63,665 nt of DNA, filler included, from Chiloscyllium plagiosum (GCF_004010195.1; 4 parts of one record of this genome joined end to end with filler, not necessarily neighbours in it), one strand, 5' to 3'. Shown: positions 1 to 13,289, numbered from the whole stretch's first letter. The notes: generated by a model not told the origin, from the letters alone. Numbers and translations are program-made.

Positions 1-740
1 AGAGTACTGGGTCAATGGAAAGATTCTTGGTAGTGTGGACGTGCCGAGGGATTTTGGTGTCCATGTACATCGATCCCTGAAAATTGCCACCCAGATTGAT
101 AGTGCTGTTAAGAAGGCATACAGTGTGCTAGGTTTTTTTGGTAGAGGGATTGAGTTCTGGAGCCTTAATGTCATGCTACAACTGTACAAAACACTAATGC
201 GGCCTCACTTGGAATATTGTGTACAGTTCTGGTCACCCCATTACAGGAAGAATGTGGAAGTATTGGCAAAGGTGCAGAGGAGATTTACCAGGTTGTTGCC
301 TGGTCTGGGAGGAAAGTCTGATGAGGAAAAGCTGAGAGATTTGGGTCTGCTCTCTTTGGAGAGAAGAATGCTGAGAGGGGATTTAATAGAGACGTACAAG
401 ATAATCAGAGGATTAGATAGGGTGGACAGTGAGAGTCTTTCCTGGGATGATGACTTTGGCATGTATGAGGGTGCATAGCTGCAATTGAGGGGTGATAGAT
501 CTAATTGAGAGGTGATAGATCTAAGACAGATGTCAGAGGCAGATTGTTTACTCAGAGAGTGAAGAGGGCATGGAATGCCCTGCCTGCCAATCTAGCTAAC
601 TCAGCCACATTAGGGGCATTTAAACAGTCCTTGGATAAGCATATGGAAGATGATGTAATAGTGTTGAGGGTTGGGCTTACAGGTCAGCGCAACATTGAGG
701 GCCAAAGGGCTTGTTCTGCACTGTATTGTTGTATGTTCTG
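1..740 (+). mobile_element. CR1/HER1-type LINE 3' fragment (RT C-terminus and 3' UTR), degenerate
   Basis: ORF 35-478 contains LYKTLMRPHLEYCVQFWSPHY...VQRRFTR...LRGDLIETYKI, typical of the CR1 ORF2 C-terminus; FTQRV..AWNALP follows, then a TATGTTC-type tail. Confidence 0.93.
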
Positions 741-2030
741 TTGCCACTGCCACGGGATGCTGTTCCTGCTATTGACACCAGACAGGAACCTGTTCCTGCT
801 CTTGCCACAACCATGGGACCCTGTTCCTGCTCTTGCCACAACCACAGTACCCTGTGCCTGCTATTGCCATCACCATGGGACGCAGTTCCTGCTATTGACA
901 CCAGACAGGAACCCTGTTCCTGCTATTGCCACAACCATGGGACACTGTTCCTGCTATTGCCACAACCATGGGACACTGTTCCTGCTCTTGCCACAACCAC
1001 AGTACCCTGTTCCTGCTATTGCCATCACCATGGGACGCAGTTCCTGCTATTGACACCAGACAGGAACCCTGTTCCTGCTATTGCCACAACCATGGGATCC
1101 TGTTCCTGCTATTGCCGCCATGGGAACCCTGTTCCTGCTATTGTCACAACCACAGTGCCCTGTTCCTGCTATTGCCATCACCATGGGAACCCTGTTCCTG
1201 CAATTGCTGCCATGGAAACCCTGTTCCTGCTATTGTCACAACCACAGTGCCCTGTTCCTGCTATTGCCACAACCACGGTACCCTGTTCCTGCTATTGCCA
1301 CAACCACAGTGCCCTGTTCTTGCTATTGCCACAACCACGGGACCCTGTTCCTGCTATTGCCATCACCATGGGAACCCTGTTCCTGCAATTGCTGCCATGG
1401 GAACCCTGTTCCTGTTATTGCTGCCATGGAAACCCTGTTCCTGCTATTGCCATCACCATGGGAACCCTGTTCCTGTTATTGCTGCCACGGGAACCCTGTT
1501 CCTGCTATTGCCACAACCACGGGACCCTGTTCCTACTATTGCCATCACCATGCCACCAGACTCGAACCCTGTTCCTGCTATTGACACTAGACAGGAACCC
1601 TGTCCCTGCTATTGCCACAACCATGGGACCCTGTTCCTGCTCTTGCCACAACCACAGTACCCTGTTCCTGCTATTGCCATCACCACGGGACGCGGTTCCT
1701 GCTATTGACACCAGACAGGAACCCTGTTCCTGCTATTGCCATCACCATGGAACCCTGTTCCTGCGATTGCCATCAGTTCCTGCTATTGCCACAACCATGG
1801 GACCCTGTTCCTGCTCTTGCCACAACCACAGTACCCTGTTCCTGCTATTGCCATCACCACGGGACGTGGTTCCTGCTATTGACACCAGACAGGAACCCTG
1901 TTCCTGCGATTGCCAATACCATGGAACCCTGTTCCTGCTATTGCCACAACCATGGGAACCCTGTTCCTGTGATTGCTATCACCACAGGAAACCTGTTCTT
2001 GCTATTGCCGCCCCCACAGGACCCTGATCA
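735..2030. repeat. Modular minisatellite with ~29-32-bp units and invariant core CCCTGTTCCTGCTATTG
   Basis: About 40 tandem units of the core, each followed by one of a few variants (ACACCAGACAGGAA, CCACAACCATGGGA, CCACAACCACAGTA, CCATCACCATGGGA, CTGCCATGGGAA). Confidence 0.95.
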
Positions 2031-2079
2031 GTTATCTAAACAATCAGTTATCCAAATGAAATACTCCCCGCCCGTCTCA

Positions 2080-2790
2080 GTTGGATAATTGAGGTTGTTC
2101 TGTATGGAAAATCCTGAAGGGTGTGGACAAGATGGATGTGGAGGGATTATTTCCTGTTGTGCAAGAATCTGAAACTAGGGTCACTCTTTAAAAATAAGGG
2201 GCCACCCATTTAAGACAGAGAACATAATTTTTCTTTCTCTCTCAGAGGGTTCTAAACCTTTGGAACTCTCTTCCTGCAAAGACAGTGAAAGCTGAGTTGT
2301 TGAATATTTGTATGACAGAGGTAGATATTTTCTTAGTAGACAAGGGGATGAAAGAGTAATTGAGAATGTGGTGTAATCAATCAAGTATAATCTTATTGAA
2401 AGTCACAGCAGGCTAAAAAGTGGTCTATTCCAGCTCCTAATTGGTACAGCTGCATTGTGAAGTGGCTTGAAAGGGTAGATGCTGAGAGGTTGTTTCTGCT
2501 GGTCAAGGTATCTAAAACATGGGATGACAATCTTACAATAAATGGCTCAGTAATGAAATGAGGAGAAATGACAGAGCTCAAAGGGTTGTGGAATCTCTGA
2601 AGTTTGCCATTCTGGAGGTGTTTGCGTGTTCCACTTTTGAGTATATTTAGCATCGGGACACTCAGCAACATTTTGTGTCTCAGGGAATCAATGAGTATGG
2701 GGAACAAGCAGAAATGTGGAGTTGAAGCCCAAGGTCAGCTACAATTAAATGCCAGCACAGGCTCAATGGTCTACAATAATATTCCTGCAT
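2080..2790 (+). mobile_element. Two old, degraded CR1 3'-end fragments
   Basis: Remnants such as aaactagggtcactctttaaaaataagggg...tttaagacagag and agggttgtggaatctctga, similar to the CR1 3' ends elsewhere in the window. Confidence 0.6.
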
Positions 2791-5019
2791 AATCTCAGTG
2801 TAACAAAAAAATGAGGTATCTGGATTCCATTGACTTCGAGATCTTTCTGTGTTTATTTGCTGCAATGTTAATATATTCAGTAATTTCCAATCATAGCCTG
2901 TGCCTTAATTGCTACATTGCAGGGAACCTGTGTTCATGTGATAACCTGTTGGTACTTGACTAACTTGCGTGTTGAGCTCTTAATGGGACTTCACTCCAAA
3001 GCTGATGACACACATGATCTATTCCTATCTACATTTCTTGGGTTCTTCTATCTGAAGCTATGGCTGCTGCAGTTCACAGATTTCTGCAACATCCATTTCA
3101 GAGAAGTGCTGACATCCAATTGGGAATCATGAAATGCATGTGAAACAATAATTTGCTGAAATCCTCATGGTAGATATGACATCACACTGCTAACATGCTT
3201 CCCACCAGCATCTGCTTCTAGCTGGTCTTGTGTAGCATAAAGGGTTAGTTATACTTTTACTCCAGAATGGCTACTAAGCATGTGCAAAATAAGCTATTTT
3301 ACAGCGACATCAGGTCACAAGAAATTGTCACTGTGTCAACCAAGTTCCTGCAATCCTCTCTTACCATGTGTTGTATTTAGTTATGTTTGATAAAGACAGT
3401 TGATATTCACTCAAGAGTGTAGATCACACATTATGACATGCCAACAGCAATAACCAAACCCATGGATCTGGAGGCAAGTAACACTAAACGTCCAAAGTGA
3501 AGTCCAGAGACAGCATGGTGTTATGGGTAAAGCAAGATGCCAAGCAAGGGATCTGACTCCAGAAGTGAGGGACACAGTTGAAGTGAAGCTTGGGACAGGT
3601 TGGGAACAGCAACAGATTTCATGGCCCACCCAGGCACTGACCTACATAAAGGGAAAGCCCACATAACAGCTGTGAAAGCACAGGAGAAGATCAACAGCGG
3701 AGTATGTGCTCGACATTTAAAAAAACAGTCAATCACCAACAGTGAGTAAAACATTACTCTAAGCCATAGCTTTAACTTACTTAGATGGGAAAGAAATGAA
3801 CCCTTGTAAAATGCACCAACACCAATCACACCAAGAAACAAGGCACAGTCAAAGCTAATAAGAAAGTTCTCCAGCAGGAAATCAACCCAGTCAGTAATGG
3901 GGGTGGGGGTGGAGTGGTGGTGGGAGGAGGGGAGATGAGTGGGGGATGTCCAGTGAAAGATTACTCTCGAAGAATACCGCTACTTTAAGAGTAACTACTG
4001 AGCATGTGTGAAAGGAGATACCTTTTTCTGATGACAGGTCATATGGAACTTGATCTTCTCTTCCAACGAGATCTCCTCTCTTACTAACACTTGTAAGTAG
4101 CTTTGTTTAAATCAAGTCTGTTAATGTTCACTCACAAGAACATAGAACTCACATGACAACATCTCACACTGTATGATTGCTTAGCAGTAAGATAACTGTT
4201 GGATATATGCCCATGACCTGTGGATGCCATTTTAGAAACTTAAGGGACTTGTGATTGAGCCAAAACCCAAATTCACTCCCAGTGTGGGACTAGAATAATC
4301 TTGTCAGCCAGAGCTGGTAAAGGTGGCATTTTATGTTTCTTGCAGAAGGTCATGACTAAGTGATGAGAGGTGAATTAGCTCCTCTCTTGCAATCCCCTCA
4401 GTTGGTCAAAACAAAGATTCTTAGTTCTTTTAAGCACATAGCCATATTGTAGTTGAACTAATATGTAGTTATACTTTTACTATATTTCAAAAATAGCTTA
4501 TTTTGCACATGCTTTGTAGCCATTCTGGAGTAAAAGTATAACTACATATTAGTTGAACTATAATATGGTAATACTTTTCGCTATTTCAAAAACAAAGAAA
4601 CCTTTTACAAGGATTCCTTGAATGAAATAACAATATATTTTATTGCTTATTAAACCCAAACAAAAAATCAAAATGTAACATCAAACATACACTAACACAG
4701 GTATAAAGTTTTAAAAGGGGAGTGCCGAGTAAACAGAAAGATCTAAAATATGCAGTTTAATAAGCATTTTCCAATCCAATGAAACCATAAGATCATACGA
4801 CCCTGAAAGTTGCTGAAGTGTTAAGTTTAACCTGAGACCATGCTTGGTTAATTGATGAATTATATCCTCTTCAGCCGAAAAATTTGTGGATATCTTTGAA
4901 TTCTTAGTGAAAGGATTTTTCTCCAATTTGTTTTTCACCAGGCATTATTTTCCGAGGGGCTGAGAGAAAAATACATGGAAGAGGGAGAGCAAAACTTTTG
5001 ACTTATTGTTAAAAATCCA

Positions 5020-5345
5020 TCAGGGGAGGAGAAGTGGTGATGGACTGTAATGTCTTTGGAATGTTATGGGGACAAGAATTCCACCTTGGCAATCAGTGAA
5101 ATTTTGATTCAATTTAAAAAAATCTCTGGAGTTAAAAAAAGCTAGTCAAATAATGACCATGTAACTGTTGCCAATTACATTTTTTTTTTAAATCTGATTT
5201 ACTAATGTCTTCTGGGGAAAGAAATCTGCCATTCCTTCCTGGTCTGGCCTACATGTGACTCCAGACCAATGGCAATGTGTTTGATTATTAAATTCCTTTA
5301 GAAGTGGCCTGAAGCATTTCTAGAGCAATTAGGGAACAAATTCTG
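5020..5345 (+). mobile_element. Old shark SINE-like repeat (related copies on - at ~15930-16220, ~48680-48945 and ~60665-60853)
   Basis: Recurrent motif ggggaaagaaatctgccattccttcctggtctggcctacatgtgactccagacc, whose reverse complement recurs at the other loci. Confidence 0.55.
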
Positions 5346-7254
5346 GCTCCCCTCCCTGCAGGAAGTGAAAAGAATTCTGTTACGTCTGAAAGAAATTGTC
5401 TACAATCCAGTTCCTTTGTGTATTCCTATGTCTGTCTTAGTTGATTATTCCAAGCTAGATAATCTGCATATGATTTCCATCCCAATATGTGAAACTTCCA
5501 GAAAACCATTAATCAACCAGGAGACATGAATCTAAGTGAGTGGCCTTAGTCATTATGATGACATGTTCATTTACACCTGAGACTGGGTTCAATTTATTGA
5601 TAGTTTAATGGACTGGCTCTGCTTGTGATCAGGTGATCACTTTGACCATCTTAAGTCAGTGTTTTTACTTTTTTTAAAGCCATTTAGTCTATCAATGGCC
5701 CCAAGTATTTCAAAATCAAATAATGGAAGGTGAAAATTGGTAATCCACTTTTAACACTAACTGAAGAATGATGTCAGTTGAACCACCTGTGCACGTTCAA
5801 AAATCCGACAGTTCTCAAGCACTTATTTTCTGCAATGAACCAACAAATCATCAGGTTTCTCAATTTCAATCTTACAATTTGTTATGATGGTATTTGAACT
5901 CACTGATATCCATCAGTGAAGGGACGATCCCCTTTCTCACTCACTGCAAGAATCCTACATAAAAGAGGTTTTACTCATAACAACTGAATTCTTAGTTGAT
6001 ATAAGCCCCCAGGACACAACTGAGCATCATTTGAAATAGTTATTAATTGGTTGTCTCACATAGGCCTTAAGGAAATAATATGCTTACTTGTTCAGCTGAT
6101 GGCCTCCTCTGAGGTTGATATTGTAGCATGTTGTTGGAAGACTGGGCCACAGCTGCTCAGTCCCTCTGATTGATACCTTTCACCTTGATAAATACAACTT
6201 TTACTATTGCCCCATGCTTTATGAAGCAGTATCTTCCATATTTGGTCATTTTTTAATGAACAGTGTGGAAATAGAGTGCCCAGTTTAATAGTGAGAAATC
6301 ATTAAGAATGTGTCTGTTCTATCTTAATGTAGAATTACATAATACATACAGCACAGAAAGATGCCATTTGATTCATTGGTCTTTGCCTGTATTTTTACTC
6401 CATTACCTCTTCCCACCATGATCCTGTAATATCCTTCTATTTTCTTCATTCTGATGTGTGTATTGAGCCTCTCAAATTTGTCAATGGTTTCTGTTCACAG
6501 TAGATAATGCTGTACAAAAAACATACAGTTTCATAAAAACTTCCTTTAGATTTCAACCCTTGACATAAAATTAAGAGCACATTTAATACTACATGACTAA
6601 AAAGGGTTAATTGTTTCACAGTGAGTACCATGAATAATTAAAGAGAACATCATTAATTTTCAGCCTTCCCTGTGACAGTTGGCAGCCTTCATAGCAGTTG
6701 CTGGACTGGCCCTTGTTAAGTCATAGCCAGAAATATTTGTAAATATAAACTTTGAGGCATTTTGTTGTTGATTATGTTTTTAATGATGAAACCAGCCAAC
6801 AGGAGAATGATAAACGCTGCTCTGAAAGAAAGCTCAAGTCAAAATAAATATTCTTAATGATCACATTCATGGGTGGATTCGAAATGAAATTTCAAATTGG
6901 AATTGTTGGTGGCGAATTATATATTTATAGAATGTTTATTTTTATGTGATTGTGAATTCCCAGATAGAAGTGTTAATAGCTCAACCCGGATTTGCTATAT
7001 AAAACAAAAGCAGCAATTTGTGACATGTGACTATTGCTGTGGAACCATAAGAATCTGTATATAGTGAAACAAAAATTATACTTTAGAAGACCAAGCCCGC
7101 TATAGTTAATATTAAACTATTCAATAATGAAGTGTTGCTGGAAGTGTGTTTCAAAGTGGCACACAATGTTTCGAATGATTTCTATCTGCAACACAATTAA
7201 ATCTGTGCAGTGTTTTATTTTGCCTAACACGATCAATAGTCTGCTGTTTGTTTC

Positions 7255-8375
7255 ATAGGAACATATGAGCTGGAGCAGGCCATTCAGTCCACGAATTGCT
7301 GTTCATTTATCTCAATGCCATTTTCCCATGCTTTCCCTATATCTCTCGATACCATCAGGCTCCAAAAATCTATTGATTTCTGTTTTGAGCATGCTTAATG
7401 ATTAAACTTCCACTAAGGGATAGTGAATTCAAAAGATTCACTATATTTTTAAATGACGATGTTTCACCCTATCTCAGTCGTAAATGGCATGCCATTATGC
7501 TGAGTGTACATCCTCAGTTCTAGAACCCTAACAAACCCTGTAGAATTTGGTAAGTTTCCATGACATAACTTCAAAACCCGAGACAAAACATACCCCGTTT
7601 CTTCAGTCTCTCGTCACAAGGCAATGATGTCATCTCCACATCCACTTGATGAGCCTCCATTGCACACCTTCTACTGCAAGTATATCCTTCCTCAATGAGT
7701 CAACCAAAATTGTGCACAATTCCCCAGGTGCAGACTCACCAAGGGCTCCGTTCTGAAGAATTACTGCAAGAAATCCTTGCTGCTGTATTAAAATCCCCGA
7801 GAGAAGCAGACCAATTGTATCCAATTGACCATTCTAACCGCTGGCTGCCCCTGTGTGCCAGCTGTTAGTGACTCATAAACAAGGACACTAAGTTTCTTTG
7901 GAAATCAACACTTCCACTCTCCATTCAAGCTAGCCTGGCTTTCTGCTTTTTCTACAAAAGTACCTAAGTTCACACTTATTCATATTATATTTTGTCAATA
8001 CATTCTAGCCCATTTACTCAGGGAATCTGTTAAGTTCACTTATAGTCTCCTCACATCATCCTCCCAACTTTTATTCCCACTTAGTATATGCCATTAACAA
8101 ATTTAGAAATATTGCATTTGGTCCACACATAATTCATTTGTATCAGTTGTGAACACCTGTGGTGACAGCATTGCTTTTTACAGTAACCCACTCATAAGAC
8201 CCAATCATCCTTGGAATGACCTGGTTATTCTTACTTTATTTTCTGTCTCTTATCCAATTTTCAATTCATGCTAGTATATTACTCTTAATGTCTCCTACTA
8301 ACACCCCTGTGAAATACCTCATCAAAAGCCTTCAGAAAATCCAAATACACAACATCCTCTGGTTTTCCTTTGTCT
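7255..8375 (-). mobile_element. Old CR1 LINE RT fragment
   Basis: Minus translation gives DVVYLDFLKAFDEVFH (end of ORF 8285-8584) and LRKDILAVEGVQWR (ORF 7630-7824). Confidence 0.8.
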
Positions 8376-8376
8376 A

Positions 8377-8605
8377 GTGGAGTTTGCACATTCTCCCCGT
8401 GTCTGTGTGGGTTTCCTCCGGGTGCTCCGGTTTCCTCCCACACTCCAAAGATGCGCAGGTCAGGTGAATTGGCCATGCTAAATTGCCCATAGTGATAAGT
8501 GCATGAGTAGGGGAATGGGTCTGGGGCGGTTACTCTTCGGAGGGTCGGTGTGGACTTGTTGGGCCGAAGGGCCTGTTTCCGCACTGTAGGGAATCTAATC
8601 TAATC
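8377..8605 (+). mobile_element. HE1-type V-SINE, 5'-truncated
   Basis: V-domain gtggagtttgcacattctccccgtgtc...gggtttcctccgggtgctccggtttcctccca, a CR1-derived 3' end (gggccgaagggcctgtttcc) and an AATCT tail. Confidence 0.9.
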
Positions 8606-8879
8606 AAACTGGTTCCAAAGCTGCTTCCACCACCTTTTTTGGCATTACATTTCAGATCATATGAAAATAATTTTCTCTTCACCATGCATCTTTTCTTGTT
8701 CTGCCAATCACCTCCAAGGTGTACTCTCTAGTTATTGCCTTTTCACAATTTGAGGTAATTTCTCCTTAATTATTCAGTCAAACTGCTCATAATTTTGAGC
8801 ACCTCTATTTGCTTTAAACTCGCTGCTTTAAGGAAAACAGTCTTAGGTTTTGCTAATTTGTCCTAGTCATTCAGAGAAT

Positions 8880-9890
8880 ATAGGTTTCAATGGCTGGGCT
8901 AGCACTTATTGTCCTTCTCTAGTTGTTATTGAGAAGGTTGTGGTAAGCTGCCTTCTTGAAACACTGCAATCCATTTGCTGTTAGAGCGTCCACAACACTA
9001 CTAAGGAGAGAGCTCCAGGAGTTTGATCCAGAGACAATAAAGGAATAATGTTACTTTCAGGGCATGCTTGGATAGGAATCTATATATAGTTGTGTTCCAC
9101 CATTGCCTCTCTGTTGACTTCTAGGTGACAGTGATCATGAATTTGGAAGGTGCTTTCTAAAGAGCTTTGTGGAATTTGTGCAGTCCATCTTGTAGGTGGT
9201 ACACCATGATGCTACTGAGCGCCAGTAAGGGAAGAGTGAATATTTGTGAATGTGGGGCCAATCAAGGCTGCGATGTACTGGATGGTATTAAACTTCTTGA
9301 CGTCTGTTGCAGCTGCACTATCCAAACAAGTGTGCTTTGTAGTTGGTGGATAGGCTTCAGGGGGTCAGGAAGTGAGTTAATTGCTGAAAAATTTTAGCCT
9401 CTGGCCTGCTCTTGTGGCTGTAGTATTTATATGACTGGTCCAGTTCAGTTTCTCATCAATGGTAAATCCAAGAATCTTAATGGGAGGTGGAGGGGAAATT
9501 CAATGATGGTAATGCCATTGAATGGCAAGGGGCAATGAGTAGACTCGTTCTTGTTGGAGATGGCCATTGCCTGGCACTTGTGCATGATAATGTTACCTGT
9601 CACTTTTTAGCCCAGGACTAGATATTGCCCAGGTCTTGCAGCATTTGGACATAGATTGCTTCATTATCTGAGGAGTTATGAATAGTGCTGGGTATTGTGC
9701 AGTCATCATTGAACATCCCCACTTCTGACCTTATCATTGATGAAGCAGCTGAAGATAACTCGGACCTTGGACACTGTGCTGAGGAACTCCTGCAGAGATG
9801 TCCTGAAGCTAAGATTACTGATCTCTAATGATCACAACTACCTTCTTTTGAGCTAGGTATGACTCTGTAAGTCTGTCGAGTTTACTCTTG
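8880..9890 (-). mobile_element. Old CR1/L2-clade LINE 3' part (same family as 31215-33100)
   Basis: Colinear similarity with 31215-32600 (gagaaggttgtggtaagctgccttcttgaa; aacatccccacttctgaccttat; gatgaagcagctgaaga). Confidence 0.75.
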
Positions 9891-12193
9891 ATATCAGTAC
9901 CCCAAGGCAATCCCAAAATAAGAATATACCCAGTTGTTCTTATTAAAGCAGGGTACAGTACAAACATACTGCAAAAATAGTCTTCTTCTGCTCCTGAAAT
10001 ATATGTCCATGGTCTCAAAGGGGACATGCCTATATCCATTGGCCCCAAAAAAGTCTTAGTTATAATGGCTAACTTGCAATTATTTGCTATTATTAATAAC
10101 CTACAACCAGTTTAAGACAAGCTGCTTTGCTCATTATAGCCCACTCATGTTTTCCTATACCACTGCACACTGGATCAGCCCTTTGAGTCCATCAAGAAAA
10201 GGTGCTGGTGACAGCAATCTACTCCAACCACAGGTGTTTGGTGGCTGGCATCACAGTACGAACAATAGCGATTCCTGGATCCAGCGGTAAGTAGGTCAAC
10301 TTGGGGAGGCGGGAGGGGAATGCCAGATTGAGCTCTCAGTACAGGACAAGGTACAGTCAGAGGAGAGGCAGCGAAATGGCAATGGGCTTTACAGTTATTG
10401 GGCAGAACTGCAGAAGAGAATTCAGCCCCAGTCCAATAGATTATTGATCAAACCTGGATTTAGGGAGAGCTGCAGCTCCGATTTGTCAGTACAGAACAGG
10501 AAAATGTGATGTCAAAGTGAAACTGAAGGCAATTAAGCTCAGCCCTTAAGGGTTAATTGCTAGTTCAGTGATTATTTACTGCACGCTGTTAAACATTTGT
10601 TAACTCCAGCTTTATGAAGTTATGGTCTGTTGTGAGCTGACCTATGTATCTGCTTTTAAATTGAGGCCAGGGGCCAGGGAAAGAATCCAGTCGGGGGCTG
10701 ACAATATCCCTTCGTCCACTCTCACGGAATACGACAAGCTCACCTGCTGAGGGAGCCTGAAGAAAAGGACAATCTCACTTTATTAAAAAAACATGACGGG
10801 GGTATCAAATCAGACTCAAAGAAAACCACTAGAGACATCATGTACCGCTTAATTTTGCAGGCGGTGGAAGTGCTTTGGCCTGAGGTAACTTCTGAAGAGG
10901 CCATGTTTGCGTGCAAGTCTCCACTTAAAGCGATGCAGGCTGGTGAAGCTGATGCTCATACGAGTGTAAACTTACAACGAAATGCATGAATCGCATGAGA
11001 TGCTACGTCGCTCAAACCAGTCATTTTCAGCGGGTGGCTAATGTATTATTGAAGGAAATCCTTGGGGGAGCTCTAAAAATTCATTCAACGCCTTGAAAAA
11101 AAGTGTCTGTTTTGGTTGCAGAGAATGGTTCCCAATCACGAAAAGATAAAAACATCAAAATAAGCTAATGGGGCATCAGCCTTGAAATCCCCTCAGAAGG
11201 GTAAACTGGTTTCAAAGGGAATAGCGGCAGCAGATCATGTGCAGAGACTGTGTGCTCTTCCACAGCTTGAATAGACATTCACTGTACTTAACTGGTCGTG
11301 ACAGACAAGCAGCCGCTACTGCAGGCAGGTCCAGACAAGGGAATAGAATACAACCAGCAAGCAGATTCTGCAGAAGGACTGGATTGTTCAAGGAGCTTAA
11401 AATTCTTAGTTTGATGGAGCTGTGTTGCTTTTATTTGTCAACATGCGCTCCTTTTATAAGATAACGCAAATAAAGGGTCAAATATTGCAACAAAGTGCCC
11501 TTAGATTCCAAAAAGCATTATATTTTAAACATAATATAACCAGTATACAATATAATAGGGTTGCTTCAGAAAAACAGGTAATTGGGTGACAGTGAATCAG
11601 CATCCCCGGTACATCTCGCTGTCTTTTTTATTCCCAATTATACCATTGGTCATAAAAGTTAGAAGAGATTCAAAATGCTTGGTATTGCTCCTTTGATACC
11701 TTTGCACAAAATTAATACTGGCCCACTTAAAATTAATTACTAAATGTGCCTTTTTTACAAGCTGCAATAATCAACTAGAAAAAAAAACAATTGGACGATA
11801 GAGGCATGGTTACAGTCATTAAACTCCAACAATCCAATAAGGACTGCACTTTCATGATCTCTCCATGACTGGAGAATGTGACAGGCCCAGAAATACAAAA
11901 TGGGAAGACTGTATGCAACATTCTTGGAATTTATTCCAATTCAAAAAACAAAATCAGTGTGCTGACAATTCTCTGTCATGGATACATGTAAAGGTTAAAT
12001 ATGCAAACCATGAAATAGGGTTTCCACTGACTAAGTATTTTTGCTCCAGGATATGAGATGTTGATGTCTCCACTCTTTCTGTAGATTTAGATTTTTTTAA
12101 TCTATTATACAGAAGGTGTTTATAGAGCCCTGAATGCATTTTAATTTCTGAAGCAAATCATACCAACACACATTTCAATTTCCTGTGTATTAA

Positions 12194-12640
12194 CTGTGGC
12201 TCAGTGGCATTGCTCTCACCTCTGAATTAGCAGATTGTGATTTCATAATCCCACCCCAGATACTTGAGCACTATGTACAAGCTAATTATTTTTATTGCTG
12301 AATGGATGCTGCATTGTGAAAGCTGGTGCCTTTCAAATAAGACATGCAATTTAGTGCCCTATCTCTCAGATGGGTATGAAATATATTAGGGCATTATTCA
12401 AGGGAAGAGCAAGCCAGGTCTTTCATTCTTCTCTATGCCTTGACTATCATTTATTCCTCATGTCAGCACCATTGAAATTGATACTGGTCACCATTATGTT
12501 GCTGCTTGTGGGTACTTGTGTGCAAATTTTCATTAACTCATCCGACAAAAGTGGCGATATTTCAAAAGTGCTTTATTGAATATAAAGCACTTTGTGACTT
12601 CCTAAGAAAAGCACTACAAAGATAGAATTTCTTTCTTTTG
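12194..12640 (+). mobile_element. DeuSINE/SacSINE1-like ancient SINE, near full length and degraded
   Basis: tRNA-like head (ctgtggctcagtggca...ctcacctctgaa), Deu-domain-like body (gctgcattgtgaaagctggtgcctttc...gcattattcaagggaagagc...ttgctgcttgtgggt) and a taaagcactttg tail. Family assignment is from recalled consensus. Confidence 0.65.
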
Positions 12641-13289
12641 TTTTTGCCTTTGTGGAGGCCAGTATAATATTAGTGTTAGAGCAGTGAAAGCAGTGTCCTT
12701 ATGAATGACTATAGCTAACCTTTGACATCCTGTCAATGCTGCCTCGATCTCCTGACATCATTAAAATCCATGGTCAGCACCCTCATGGCTACATTCAGAG
12801 GTCAGAGATTGTAGGGTTTCAAAGTCCAAGGAATTGTAACTCTCAGGGATCAGTTTGAATGTCATAAGTCATCTACTTTTACCTCCTGCCTATCTCACTT
12901 GCCATGTGATCTGTGACTGAGGGACATCTCATTTCTCTGGAGATATGTTAAGATCGGTGCAATGTGTCTTGGCTTGGAATTTGTTTTTTTTCTCCTTAAA
13001 ATCAATAATTCCAAGGTCACCAAGTTGCAATTTCCATGCCTTGCAAACACCTTTCAATTTTCCACCTCCACCCCATAAATGTCTGAAGAGCATGAATTTT
13101 CCTTTCAGTACCATTCATATTGTTTGTATTTAATTTGATATTGGCATCATTTTTAAAAAATGAGGGATTTGCTTTTTAAAAGTTCAATTATTTGGGAGGG
13201 AGTCTTCAACATTGGTGAAATTCAGGAAATATGAAACTAAAGTTGAATTTAAACAAATTGGAATGAAGAAGTCAAAATAAAATCGTAGA

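Noticed and set aside
483..522. 20-bp tandem duplication AATTGAG(G/A)GGTGATAGATCT
   Set aside because: A small local duplication within a dead CR1; no functional implication.
735..2030. CRISPR-like array (constant repeat plus variable spacers)
   Set aside because: The variable parts are only 12-15 nt, come from about five recurring variants, and lie in vertebrate DNA with no cas genes; this is a minisatellite.
711..2088. Long Cys/His-rich ORFs (438, 260, 167 and 158 aa) resembling metallothionein or keratin-associated proteins
   Set aside because: They are open in several frames because the repeat unit lacks stops, and the peptide cycles through frames as unit length varies.
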